Shown one piece after another: positions 1 through 9,347 of a stretch of 64,000 bases of DNA. The stretch's first letter is position 1. Every line of letters begins with the position of its first letter. The stretch spans positions 1,025-65,024 of the forward strand of contig JBFXIQ010000002.1 in NCBI GenBank assembly GCA_050175815.1, written 5' to 3'. The notes under the pieces are model-generated. The model worked only from the letters and a program-made list of their open reading frames with translations, was not told the DNA's origin and did no database searches. The position numbers were made by a program, and so were the translations under genes. The stretch is from Synergistaceae bacterium (GTDB taxonomy: Bacteria; Synergistota; Synergistia; Synergistales; Synergistaceae).

Positions 1-42
1 CCGTAAAATCTTCAAAAAACAGCTCCGGAGAGAGTAATTAAA

Positions 43-1167
43 ATGGAACTCTATATCAGTGCTCTTAAGGGAGTAATCGATCAGTCAGGCTTTATCGCCC
101 TTAGCGGCGGAAACCTGATAATGCTTCTTGTCTCATTTGTTCTTCTTTATCTGGCAGTGGTCAAGGGATTTGAGCCTCTCCTTCTCCTTCCGATAGCGTT
201 CGGATGTCTTTTAGTCAACCTTCCGCTTTCAGGCATTATTGACGAAGGCGGTTTTCTGTATTTTGTCAAATTTGGAATAGATCACGAGCTCTATCCAATT
301 ATAATTTTTATGGGGATAGGTGCTCTGACAGATTTCGGTCCGCTTCTTGCGAACCCTATAACATTTATGCTTGGTGCAGCAGCCCAGCTGGGTGTATTTA
401 TCGCTGTCATAGGGGCAATGACAATGGGGTTCACGATCCAGGAAGCCGCGGGCATCGGAATAATAGGCGGGGCTGACGGTCCCACTGCGATTTATCTCTG
501 TGCAAAGCTGGCAAAGGATATCCTGCCTGCTGTAGCAGTTGCTGCGTACAGCTATATGTCATTAGTGCCTCTTATTCAGCCGCCGGTGATAAAACTTCTG
601 ACAACCAAAGAAGACCGTGCTATAAAGATGCAGCAGCTTCGCCCTGTTTCACGCAGCGAGAGGATACTCTTCCCGATAGTATCCACTATTGCCTGCGGAC
701 TTATTCTTCCGGCGTCTGTCCCTCTCATAGGTATGCTGATGTTTGGAAACCTGCTGCGCGAGTGCGGATGTACAGAAAGATTAAGTCTTGCGGCGCAGAA
801 TGAGGTCCTGAACGCCACTACTATCTTCCTTGGAATATCGGTCGGCGCGACTATGAATGCCGAATCTTTCCTAAGGATCGAGACGATAATGATAATTTGC
901 CTTGGATTGGTAGCCTTTATTTTCAGCACAGCCGGAGGAGTTATCTTTGGACAGGCGATGAAGGTTTTTACAAAAGGAAAGGTCAACCCGATAATCGGTG
1001 CAGCCGGTGTCTCAGCTGTACCAATGGCGGCGAGGGTCTGTCAGAAGGTCGTTCAAAAAGAATTTCCCGGGTCTTACATCCTGATGCATGCAATGGGGCC
1101 AAATGTAGCCGGAGTAATTGGGACAGCAGTTGCTGCGGGAGCAATGCTGACTCTGCTTACAAGGTAG
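43..1167 (+). CDS. Na+-translocating carboxylic-acid decarboxylase beta subunit (OadB/MmdB/GcdB family), copy 1
   Basis: 374-aa polytopic membrane ORF with family-typical strings (FGIDHELYP, GALTDFGPLLANP, IIGGADGPTAIY, AAGVSAVPMAARV). SD-like GGAGAGAG lies upstream. 327/374 residues are identical (hand count) to the ORF at 40171..41295. Confidence 0.9.
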   Translation: MELYISALKGVIDQSGFIALSGGNLIMLLVSFVLLYLAVVKGFEPLLLLPIAFGCLLVNLPLSGIIDEGGFLYFVKFGIDHELYPIIIFMGIGALTDFGPLLANPITFMLGAAAQLGVFIAVIGAMTMGFTIQEAAGIGIIGGADGPTAIYLCAKLAKDILPAVAVAAYSYMSLVPLIQPPVIKLLTTKEDRAIKMQQLRPVSRSERILFPIVSTIACGLILPASVPLIGMLMFGNLLRECGCTERLSLAAQNEVLNATTIFLGISVGATMNAESFLRIETIMIICLGLVAFIFSTAGGVIFGQAMKVFTKGKVNPIIGAAGVSAVPMAARVCQKVVQKEFPGSYILMHAMGPNVAGVIGTAVAAGAMLTLLTR

Positions 1168-1180
1168 AAAGGCTTTTGAT

Positions 1181-1288
1181 ATGCAGATAATTGAAATATT
1201 GATCTGTACTGCGGCTGCCCTTGCATTGTCTTTTTTTGCATCTTGGTCTGTGCATTTGCAGTCCGGCAGAAAAAAGAGCGAAAGATAA
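1181..1288 (+). CDS. possible 35-aa hydrophobic micro-ORF (MQIIEILICTAAALALSFFASWSVHLQSGRKKSER)
   Basis: Hand translation. The ATG lies 14 nt after the decarboxylase stop. One hydrophobic helix is followed by a basic tail. The SD is weak (AAAGG) and the ORF is below the ORF-track size cutoff. Confidence 0.2.
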   Translation: MQIIEILICTAAALALSFFASWSVHLQSGRKKSER

Positions 1289-1487
1289 GCTTGTTCCTGT
1301 CCAATAATCCTATCCGGCAGACTTTGTTCCGATGATCGGCAATGAAGATCCTGCCGGATATTATATGGCCGGATCTTCATGTGTACTCTCTTAAACAGGA
1401 TAAAATAATCTTATAATTACTTGCATAATGTAGCGATAGGAATTATAGTCAAAACGCATTCAAATAATGCTGTAGGAGTGAGAGCCA

Positions 1488-2378
1488 ATGCATGAAAAAG
1501 GGATCGAAACTTTTTTGGCTGTTTCTATGTCCAGGACGCTTGGAAAAGCTGCTGAGCTCTTGAATGTTACTCAATCTACAGTAAGTTACAACCTGAATGA
1601 GCTCGAAAGCGAAATGGGCATGATGCTTGTTGACCGCCAGAAAGGAATGAAATCGATAAGCCTTACCCCCGCAGGCGAGAGTTTTTTGCCTCTTGCGCTG
1701 AAATGGCAGGAGGTGAGCAGGGAGATAGCGAACGCACGTAATCCAGGCTCTGCCTTTTCACTTGCAATAGGAGGTTCCGAGACAGTAAACTACAGACTTC
1801 TGCCAAAAGTATACAAGGACCTGCTTGAGCATGAGCCTCCTGTTTACCTCAGGTTGTTGACAGACCCCACCGACAAGATGTACCAGGCAGTTGAAAGTCG
1901 CGCCATAGATCTTGCCATTGTCCTCCATGAGGAGACGACAAGGTATGTTCAGATCGATCCCTTTTTTAAGGAAGGTCTTGTGGTCGCCCGAATACCGAAC
2001 GATGATGAAAATGTATCAAGTGTCATCCAACCCGAGTTTTTGATGCCGGAGCTTGAGTTCTACATCGAATGGAGCAGTGGATACCGCCTGTGGCACGACC
2101 ATATCTGGGACCCGATTAGAACTGCCAAAATGAGGCTTGATTCTGTAAATCTTGTAGGTTCGTTCATGGACAAGCCGGGCCAGTGGTGTATGGTCCCTTG
2201 TTCAGCTATGGAAGAACTTAAGATGGGAAATGAGAGGATAGTATTTCAAAAGATCTCGGAAGATCCGCCCGGGCTGGTCTACCATAAAATAACACACAGA
2301 TATCCAAGGGCCAGCGCACTTCCGGGACTGTTGATCTTCGATGAAGTGGTACAGAATCATGGATTTGGGGTAGAATAA
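1488..2378 (+). CDS. LysR-family transcriptional regulator
   Basis: N-terminal wHTH typical of LysR (FLAVSMSRTLGKAAELLNVTQSTVSYNLNELE) and a ~200-aa effector domain; 296 aa. Confidence 0.85.
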   Translation: MHEKGIETFLAVSMSRTLGKAAELLNVTQSTVSYNLNELESEMGMMLVDRQKGMKSISLTPAGESFLPLALKWQEVSREIANARNPGSAFSLAIGGSETVNYRLLPKVYKDLLEHEPPVYLRLLTDPTDKMYQAVESRAIDLAIVLHEETTRYVQIDPFFKEGLVVARIPNDDENVSSVIQPEFLMPELEFYIEWSSGYRLWHDHIWDPIRTAKMRLDSVNLVGSFMDKPGQWCMVPCSAMEELKMGNERIVFQKISEDPPGLVYHKITHRYPRASALPGLLIFDEVVQNHGFGVE

Positions 2379-2384
2379 AATGGA

Positions 2385-3044
2385 GTGGCACAATTGGACC
2401 TCGCATCTTTAATAGATCACACAAATTTGGATCCTGCAGCAAAAACAGATGATATTCTGAGGCTCTGCGAGGAGGCTTCTGAGTGGAAGTTTGCATCAGT
2501 CTGCGTCAATCCTTGTTATGTCTCTCTGGCTGCTGCAAGACTTAAGGGCAAAGGTGTAAAGGTTTGTTCTGTTGTGGGTTTTCCTCTCGGAGCTAACACA
2601 ATGTCAACAAAGGCTTATGAGGCAGAGAGGGCTTTTAAGGACGGGGCGGCAGAAATTGACATGGTGATGAACATCTCACATGCCAAGAATGGTTCATACG
2701 ATATGCTCAGAGAGGATATCGCAGGGGTCGTAAGGGCTGTTCCCGACTGTAAGGTCAAAGTGATCCTCGAGACCTGCCTTTTGGGAGACGATGAAATAAT
2801 TAGAGTCTGCAGTGAAGCAGTCGCTTCAGGTGCACATTTTCTCAAAACTTCAACAGGATTTTTATCCGGTGGGGCAACGGTCAGGCATGTTGAACTTATC
2901 AGAAACTGCCTTCCACCTGAAATAGGTGTTAAAGCGTCGGGAGGGATAAGGGACAGAGAAAGCGCAGAGGCTATGATAGCAGCGGGAGCCAACAGGCTTG
3001 GTACATCACGTTCTGTTTCGATATGTAAAACAGTATCAAATTAA
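2385..3044 (+). CDS. deoC: deoxyribose-phosphate aldolase
   Basis: DeoC-type strings IDHTNLDP, ASVCVNP, KVCSVVGFPLG, VKVILET, FLKTSTGF, VKASGGIR. The true start may be TTG 2394, 8 nt after GGAG. Confidence 0.9.
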   Translation: MAQLDLASLIDHTNLDPAAKTDDILRLCEEASEWKFASVCVNPCYVSLAAARLKGKGVKVCSVVGFPLGANTMSTKAYEAERAFKDGAAEIDMVMNISHAKNGSYDMLREDIAGVVRAVPDCKVKVILETCLLGDDEIIRVCSEAVASGAHFLKTSTGFLSGGATVRHVELIRNCLPPEIGVKASGGIRDRESAEAMIAAGANRLGTSRSVSICKTVSN

Positions 3045-3175
3045 ACCAGTAAAATCTTTAATATTCAAAAATCTTATAGAGAAGCCTTGACAGATTGAAT
3101 TTTATAAACGAGTATTAAAAGTGTTTGTGCAAAAAATGCAGCTTATGCAAAGTCTCCACGAGGGAGGAATTATTA

Positions 3176-5182
3176 GTGAGTGAAACAGAAATAAAAACAG
3201 CAGAGTTGGTGCAGGAAGGAGTTCAGAAGATAGATCTTGATGACCTTATGCGCAAGTATGATACAGAAGCGCGCTTCAGGGCACTGGATGGCTGGCAGGC
3301 AAAACTTGTAGCGTTGATAGCTATAGCGATGTCCTGCTTCCATTTCTATACTTCAGGTTTCGGCCTGCTTTTGGCTCAAAAACAGGGAGCTGTTCACCTT
3401 GCCTTTACATTGTGTCTTGTCTTTCTTCTCTACCCGGCGAGCTCTAAACAATCGAAGACCAGCGGAATACCCTTTTATGACTTTATACTTGGCGCGGTCG
3501 GAGTTGCTTCTGCCATGTATCTTGTCGTTTTCTTCAACGAACTGACGACAAGGGCCGGACTTCCTACACAGACTGACCTTATTATGGGCTTCCTTCTCAT
3601 AGTGACATTGCTGGAGGCTACCAGGAGGATATCGAACCCGGTACTGCCATGTCTTGCTGTTGCAGCACTCCTGTACTGCTATTTCGGGCGCTCACTTCCG
3701 GAAATGATAGCCCACAGGGGATTTTCGGTGCAACGCATCGTAAACCACATGTACCTGGGAACTGAAGGCATCTTCGGCACGCCGCTGGAAGTATCTTCGA
3801 CCTTTGTTTTCATGTTCATACTTTTCGGTTCTGTGCTTGAAAAGACGGGGCTTGGGAAATTTATCATCGACCTTTCAATGGCTCTGGCGGGCTGGTCTAC
3901 AGGAGGCCCTGCAAAGGTCGCAGTTGTCAGTTCAGGCCTTATGGGTACAGTTTCAGGATCATCAGTCGCAAACGTATGTACGACAGGAATGTTCACCATT
4001 CCTCTTATGAAGAGCGTTGGTTACGAGCCGCATTTTGCGGGTGCAGTTGAAGCAGTTGCATCCACAGGAGGACAGATCATGCCTCCCGTAATGGGAGCCG
4101 GTGCCTTCATAATGGCACAGTTCCTTGGAGTGCCATACCTGGAAGTAGCTCTTGCTGCAGTAGTTCCCGCACTTCTCTACTACTTTGCAGTCATGGTCCA
4201 GGTACACTTCGAAGCAACGCGGCTCGGACTTAAAGGTATCCCCTGGGCGCAGCTCCCTCCGCTCTGGCCGCTCATAAAATCAAAAGGTTTCCTTCTTATA
4301 CCGTTGATCGCGATAATCTATTTTCTTATCGCCGGATATACTCCGCTGAGAGCAGCATTTAACGGCATTCTTGTAAGCTTTGCTCTTTCGTGGCTAAACA
4401 AAGAAACCAGATTGACACCGACCCGTATTCTGGAAGCATTCCAGTCAGGAGCAAGGGGTGCGATCGGCGTTGCATGCGCATGTGCCACTGTCGGAATGGT
4501 AGTAGGTATGGGTACCCTTACAGGTCTGGCACTTCGCATAGCAAACGCAATAGTCACCCTTGCAGGCGGAAGCAAGATACTTACCCTCTTTTATACCATG
4601 CTTGCCAGTATAATCCTCGGTACAGGACTGCCGACAACAGCCAACTTCATAGTCACAAGCACCATGGCGGCACCTGCCCTCTTTAAACTGGGAGTACCGG
4701 CAAAAGCAGCTTATATGTTCGTCTTCTATTTTGGAATAGCCGCGGACCTTACTCCACCTGTAGCGCTGGCGGCATATGCAGGCTCGGGCATCGCAGGATC
4801 TGATCCGATGAAGACGGGCATAACAGCCTTCAAGCTTGCCCTTGCGGGATTTCTGATCCCCTATATTTATGTCTATAATCCTATGCTCCTGTTTATAGAT
4901 GTGGTTCCTCTTCAGATGGTCCAGGCCATTTTCACGGCAATGCTCGGAGTATTCCTGCTGTCAATGTTTACTATCGGCTACTATAAAGCTTCTATACCAC
5001 TGTATCTCCGGCTGATAGCCTTTGCAGGAGCTCTGGGCCTCCTTATTCCGGGCAGCATGACGGACGCCGGCGGAATTGCTGTTTTGGTGCTAATTTATGT
5101 AATACAGACAGCAAAAGCGAAAAGAATCGCTAGGAAGAGAGCATCTGAGGCAGTTGCGGAAGATGCAGATAAGTCAGAATAG
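3176..5182 (+). CDS. TRAP transporter fused permease (TAXI-type, DctQ/DctM fusion)
   Basis: Long polytopic protein, paralogous to 61016..63001 (shared GGPAKVAVVSSGLMGT.SGSSVANV.TTG.FTIPLMK, GGQ.MPP.MGAGAF). I place the start at GTG 3176, 6-8 nt after GAGGGAGG. The ORF-track start at 3125 lacks an SD. Confidence 0.9.
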   Translation: MSETEIKTAELVQEGVQKIDLDDLMRKYDTEARFRALDGWQAKLVALIAIAMSCFHFYTSGFGLLLAQKQGAVHLAFTLCLVFLLYPASSKQSKTSGIPFYDFILGAVGVASAMYLVVFFNELTTRAGLPTQTDLIMGFLLIVTLLEATRRISNPVLPCLAVAALLYCYFGRSLPEMIAHRGFSVQRIVNHMYLGTEGIFGTPLEVSSTFVFMFILFGSVLEKTGLGKFIIDLSMALAGWSTGGPAKVAVVSSGLMGTVSGSSVANVCTTGMFTIPLMKSVGYEPHFAGAVEAVASTGGQIMPPVMGAGAFIMAQFLGVPYLEVALAAVVPALLYYFAVMVQVHFEATRLGLKGIPWAQLPPLWPLIKSKGFLLIPLIAIIYFLIAGYTPLRAAFNGILVSFALSWLNKETRLTPTRILEAFQSGARGAIGVACACATVGMVVGMGTLTGLALRIANAIVTLAGGSKILTLFYTMLASIILGTGLPTTANFIVTSTMAAPALFKLGVPAKAAYMFVFYFGIAADLTPPVALAAYAGSGIAGSDPMKTGITAFKLALAGFLIPYIYVYNPMLLFIDVVPLQMVQAIFTAMLGVFLLSMFTIGYYKASIPLYLRLIAFAGALGLLIPGSMTDAGGIAVLVLIYVIQTAKAKRIARKRASEAVAEDADKSE

Positions 5183-5301
5183 GCAAATTTATGTATTAAA
5201 TACTGATTCACTACACAGTTTTATGTTATAAAATCTGGTTGTATGCGGGCTGATACCAGTTCGTTCAACAAACATAAATTCATTATAGGGAGGAACAATT
5301 A

Positions 5302-6255
5302 ATGAAGAAAGTCATCATCGTAACACTTGTAGCGCTTCTTGCAGCATTTTCATTTACAGCAGTGGCTTCAGCAGCAACATACATGTCCGTCGCAACAGGC
5401 GGCACTTCCGGCACCTACTATGCAGTAGGCGGAGCCCTTGCAGCAGCGGTAACAAAAGACGGCAAGATCCAGTGCACGGCGGAGACAGGAAATGCTTCAG
5501 TAGCAAACGCCAACCTTATCTCCACGAAGGGTATCGAGATCGCGTTCGTACAGAACGACATCACCTATTGGGCGGTAAACGGTGAGCTTATGTTCCAGGG
5601 CAAGCCCCTCAAGAATATTCGCGCCATAGCCTCCCTCTATCCTGAACACGTACAGGTCGTCATCGCCAAGGATGCAGGCATCAAATCGATCAATGACCTT
5701 AAAGGCAAGCGCGTAGGCGTAGGAGCTCCCGGATCAGGCGTTGAAGGCGACGTGCAGGCTATTTTCGGAGTAGCGGGACTTACCTACAAAGATCTTAAGC
5801 AGGCAAACTTCCTTGACTTCGGTGCTACTGCAAGCCGCTTTAAGGACAACCAGATCGATGCAGGCTTCGTTGTCGCCGGTTTCCCGACAGCAGCGATCAT
5901 GGACCTCACAACGACCAAAGACGTAGGACTTCTCAGCTTTGACAAGGCATTCCTCGACAAGCTCCATAAGCAGTATCCCTTCTTTGTCGCCAGCAAGATC
6001 CCCGGCGGGACATACAAGGGTATAGACAAGGACACAGTAACACCTGCCGTTATGGCTATCCTCATTACCCACGAAGATGTTCCCGAACAGCAGATCTATG
6101 ATTTTGTAAGTTCAATGTTCAAGAACCTTGACGATATCGCAGCAGTTCACGCAAAGGGTAAGGAAATCACACTTAAGGGCGCACTTGACGGACTTACAGC
6201 ACCTCTCCACCCCGGTGCAGCGAAGTTCTACAAAGAGAAGGGACTCATTAAGTAA
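5302..6255 (+). CDS. TAXI-family TRAP transporter solute-binding protein
   Basis: Signal peptide followed by the TAXI hallmark VATGGTSGTYY.VGGA. The C-terminal LHPGAAKFYKEKG matches the second TAXI receptor at 59993..60940. Confidence 0.9.
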   Translation: MKKVIIVTLVALLAAFSFTAVASAATYMSVATGGTSGTYYAVGGALAAAVTKDGKIQCTAETGNASVANANLISTKGIEIAFVQNDITYWAVNGELMFQGKPLKNIRAIASLYPEHVQVVIAKDAGIKSINDLKGKRVGVGAPGSGVEGDVQAIFGVAGLTYKDLKQANFLDFGATASRFKDNQIDAGFVVAGFPTAAIMDLTTTKDVGLLSFDKAFLDKLHKQYPFFVASKIPGGTYKGIDKDTVTPAVMAILITHEDVPEQQIYDFVSSMFKNLDDIAAVHAKGKEITLKGALDGLTAPLHPGAAKFYKEKGLIK

Positions 6256-6280
6256 GAGTACTTTCAGCAATAGTTCACCA

Positions 6281-6313
6281 AAAACGGCCTCGCTGATGCG
6301 GGGCCGTTTTTGG
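6281..6313 (+). terminator. intrinsic terminator after the TAXI receptor gene
   Basis: AAAACGGCC (6281-6289) pairs with GGCCGTTTT (6302-6310) and is followed by a T-rich tail. Confidence 0.75.
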
Positions 6314-6376
6314 TGCTTATGAAACAGAAAGCATCTGGTATACTGTAATGTAAACCTAAGCTTGGAGAGAAATCAA

Positions 6377-7642
6377 ATGCTGAGCAGGATCTATCGTATG
6401 AAGGCTTTTATGGCTCTTGGGGCCAGAAACTTTCGAATATTCATATTTGGACAGTCTGTATCTCTTGTTGGTACCTGGATGCAGAGACTTGCTATGAGCT
6501 GGCTTGTTTTGAGGCTCACAGGTTCTGCAACAGGGCTTGGTCTTGTGGAGCTTTCAAATCAGGCCCCGATACTAATTACAGGTTTTTTTGCCGGACACAT
6601 CCTGGACCGGTACGATATGAAGAAGATATTGATAATTACGCAGTCTCTCTGCATGTTACAGGCTTTTTCACTGGCATTTCTTGACTTCACAGGAATAATC
6701 AGATACCAGCAGGTGCTCTTTTTAAGTTTCATGCTGGGATTAGTTACCTCTGTAGATCTTCCCGCACGTCAGGCAAGCGTCGTGAAGATGTTAGACAGGC
6801 CTGACCAGCTAAACAGTGCCCTGACCATAAACTCTACGATCTTTAATCTTGCGCGCCTCGTAGGTCCTGCATTTGCGGGGTTTGCGATCCGGGCAGTGGG
6901 AGAGACGATGTGTTTTTTCCTTAACGGGATAGCGTATATCGCAGTAATATTTTCACTCACGCGCCTGAAGATAAAAAAAGTTGAAATGCCGGTCCGTCAG
7001 ACCGGATGGCAGGGCTTCAAAGAGGGTCTGGATTATACGATGCGATTTCATGCGCTGAAGAGAATACTTATGACATCCTCACTCTTTTTCTTTCTTTGCT
7101 TTCCCTACAGCACGTTGCTGCCTTTCTTTGCCAGGAATGTCTTTCACGGGGATGCATCCGTTCTGGGGTTTTTTCTTGGTTCGGTAGGACTTGGAGCTAT
7201 TACCGGGGTCATTTACCAGGCAAGCCTCGTTCCCCTGTGGAAGCTGCACATAAGGGCAATATACAGTGTAGGCATGTTTGGATTCGGACTTGCGGCCTTC
7301 TCTCTTTCAAGATCGATAGAATTCTCCTGTGCGGCCCTTACCGTTTTAGGTTTCGGAATGTCAACAGGATCCGTCTGCTTCAATACTCTGGTCCAGAGCA
7401 TAATCGAGGATGACAAAAGGGGGCGTGTAATGAGCCTCTATACTGTTGGAAACATTGGTATCGGTCCTTTGGGATCATTGACTGCCGGTGTTTTGGCCGA
7501 TATTTTCGGAGGCACATTTTCAGGGCTCTTTTTTGGCGTAGGAGCAATTCTACTTGCTTTCTGGATGAAGTACAAATTGAAAACGATAGAGCCATCGGTT
7601 CTTACGAAACTCAGAGAAAAGGGACTTGCCGATGTAGTATAA
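6377..7642 (+). CDS. MFS transporter (EntS/MFS_3-like)
   Basis: 12-TM pattern, N-terminal FR.F..GQ.VS..G.WM motif. ATG 6377 lies 7 nt after GGAGAG. Confidence 0.8.
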   Translation: MLSRIYRMKAFMALGARNFRIFIFGQSVSLVGTWMQRLAMSWLVLRLTGSATGLGLVELSNQAPILITGFFAGHILDRYDMKKILIITQSLCMLQAFSLAFLDFTGIIRYQQVLFLSFMLGLVTSVDLPARQASVVKMLDRPDQLNSALTINSTIFNLARLVGPAFAGFAIRAVGETMCFFLNGIAYIAVIFSLTRLKIKKVEMPVRQTGWQGFKEGLDYTMRFHALKRILMTSSLFFFLCFPYSTLLPFFARNVFHGDASVLGFFLGSVGLGAITGVIYQASLVPLWKLHIRAIYSVGMFGFGLAAFSLSRSIEFSCAALTVLGFGMSTGSVCFNTLVQSIIEDDKRGRVMSLYTVGNIGIGPLGSLTAGVLADIFGGTFSGLFFGVGAILLAFWMKYKLKTIEPSVLTKLREKGLADVV

Positions 7643-7687
7643 TTCAACGGTGCAAAAAAATACCCGATACCGCAGAAAGGCTAAAAA

Positions 7688-8599
7688 ATGTTTTTTTCTT
7701 TTTTGATCACATTTATTTCCGGCATCTCGTTTTTGACCCTTGTTTTGACGATATCTTTGCTTTTGATAGGGGCAGAAAACGTACTCTACGACATCCGCGG
7801 CACTGATGTTTCCTTGCTTGCCCCTTACAGAAGGTTTCTGTCCGGACGCTGCTCAGATAAGTGCCCGCCTCCCTTGCTTTATGCATCCTGCCTTTCTCTG
7901 CTTATGATATTCCTATTTATACCTATGGGATCCCTTCCCCAGTTTGTGGAAACCGAGGGGGACTTCGTCATAATGATATTCCTTCTTTTGGTATCACAGG
8001 GGCTCTATATCAGGGGGATGAAAATTTTTTCAGGAGAAATATATCAGTCGTTTGACAGCAAAGAGCTATTTGTCCTCTCAAAATTGGCAGTGACAATGAT
8101 AGCCATGGGCGGAACTCTATCCTGGTATGCTCTCCACAGGGGGATGCCCGGCAGTATTTTCAGCTTTGAAACATTTACCGCAACATCGCTCTGGACTGTA
8201 ACGGGACCGTGGGGGAAATTTGGTACTGCGATGTTTCTGCTGCTGCTCACAGTAGTTTCGCCGTCAAGGGGAGTTACGAAGTCAAGGATCGTAGACAACG
8301 TCCAGATACCTGAGATATTCGACGCGATACGTTCAATGCTTGCGCCTGCGATGATAGTCTCGCTCTTTTTTTCGATGCGCCTGGGAATAGTCCTGGGCCA
8401 GATCGGCTTCAAAATGTATCTTGTCGATTTTGTTTTTTTCTGGATAAAAGTGATGCTGGTGCAGTTAGTACTGATCCCTTTGGTAAGCAGGGCCTTCAGC
8501 AGGGCAGCTGAAGAGTGGAGGGAAAAACTGGAATCTCTTCCTGAAATAATGATAGGTGCTTCAGGAATAGTCTTTTTTATGCTTGACCTTTATGTCTGA
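7688..8599 (+). CDS. polytopic membrane protein, unknown function
   Basis: 303 aa with roughly 8 hydrophobic segments. GAAAGG lies 7 nt upstream of the ATG. I recognise no family. Confidence 0.6.
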   Translation: MFFSFLITFISGISFLTLVLTISLLLIGAENVLYDIRGTDVSLLAPYRRFLSGRCSDKCPPPLLYASCLSLLMIFLFIPMGSLPQFVETEGDFVIMIFLLLVSQGLYIRGMKIFSGEIYQSFDSKELFVLSKLAVTMIAMGGTLSWYALHRGMPGSIFSFETFTATSLWTVTGPWGKFGTAMFLLLLTVVSPSRGVTKSRIVDNVQIPEIFDAIRSMLAPAMIVSLFFSMRLGIVLGQIGFKMYLVDFVFFWIKVMLVQLVLIPLVSRAFSRAAEEWREKLESLPEIMIGASGIVFFMLDLYV

Positions 8600-9163
8600 T
8601 CAGCGTGAGCCGCCTTCCATGGGTGGAATTCCCATCGGAGCCCTTTCGAGTATGTCTGTCCTGTAAAATTTAGCTGATAACAGCGGCATTTTAAGGATCC
8701 TTATTATAAGCCGTTCTCCTTCGAATAATTCAAAAAAATTCCTTCGCCCAAATGGCTCAAGTGTAACCTGATTCCGTCCGATATTTTTATTGCCTACCCT
8801 GTAATAGTATTCCTTCCATGACATCCTTCCGCCCTGGAAGATCATCCATTCACCTGTGTCTATGAATCTGCCGTATTTGGGCCTGTCGAAAGGAAGTCCG
8901 GCGTTTGTCGACCTGACCCTCTCTTCCCATGTCCAAAGAAGGCCTCTTACAATTTTATATTCGTCCTCTACAGGGGTCAGTTCGACTGAATGTATGTAGC
9001 GTGTTGTGAATTTGTGTCCAAGGGAGACCGGAGATTGGAAAATGAGTCGGCCTTGATGGTCTTCAATTTGAAAAACATCCACACGCCATCCTGCGGCAGC
9101 AGTCAGAAAGAGTATGGGCAGGGATAAAATAAGCAATAAGCAGTGTGAAATGTTCTTCATCAT
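8600..9163 (-). CDS. DUF1850-like protein (family usually encoded inside TAXI-TRAP operons)
   Basis: N-terminal signal/anchor followed by a domain with YIHSVELTPVEDEY..., which matches my memory of DUF1850. I prefer the internal ATG (GGAGGTCAGATGATG) as the start. Confidence 0.55.
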   Translation of the reverse strand: MMKNISHCLLLILSLPILFLTAAAGWRVDVFQIEDHQGRLIFQSPVSLGHKFTTRYIHSVELTPVEDEYKIVRGLLWTWEERVRSTNAGLPFDRPKYGRFIDTGEWMIFQGGRMSWKEYYYRVGNKNIGRNQVTLEPFGRRNFFELFEGERLIIRILKMPLLSAKFYRTDILERAPMGIPPMEGGSR

Positions 9164-9347
9164 CTGACCTCCGGATACAAAGGTAACATCTGTGATCAAA
9201 GTTGTCGAGCTCTGTGATTCAGGACTTTGATCTTGTGTGTGTCAGAAATATGTGGACTTAGGGTAATGTTATTGTTAAATATAATACAAATGGATATATT
9301 GTAAACTATGTAGTATTATATATGTAATCTGCGAAGGAGGTAGACAA

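Noticed and set aside
3125-3175. Cys-rich N-terminal extension MCKKCSLCKVSTREELL on the TRAP permease, which looks like a zinc knuckle
   Set aside because: No SD precedes ATG 3125, whereas GAGGGAGG precedes GTG 3176. The paralogue at 61016 has no such extension.
7688-8599. Possible NuoH/HycD (complex I subunit 1) relationship of the 303-aa membrane protein
   Set aside because: Only vague resemblance (a W.K..L..L.L.PL-like C-terminal stretch). The diagnostic N-terminal ERK...Q.R.GP and other motifs are absent.
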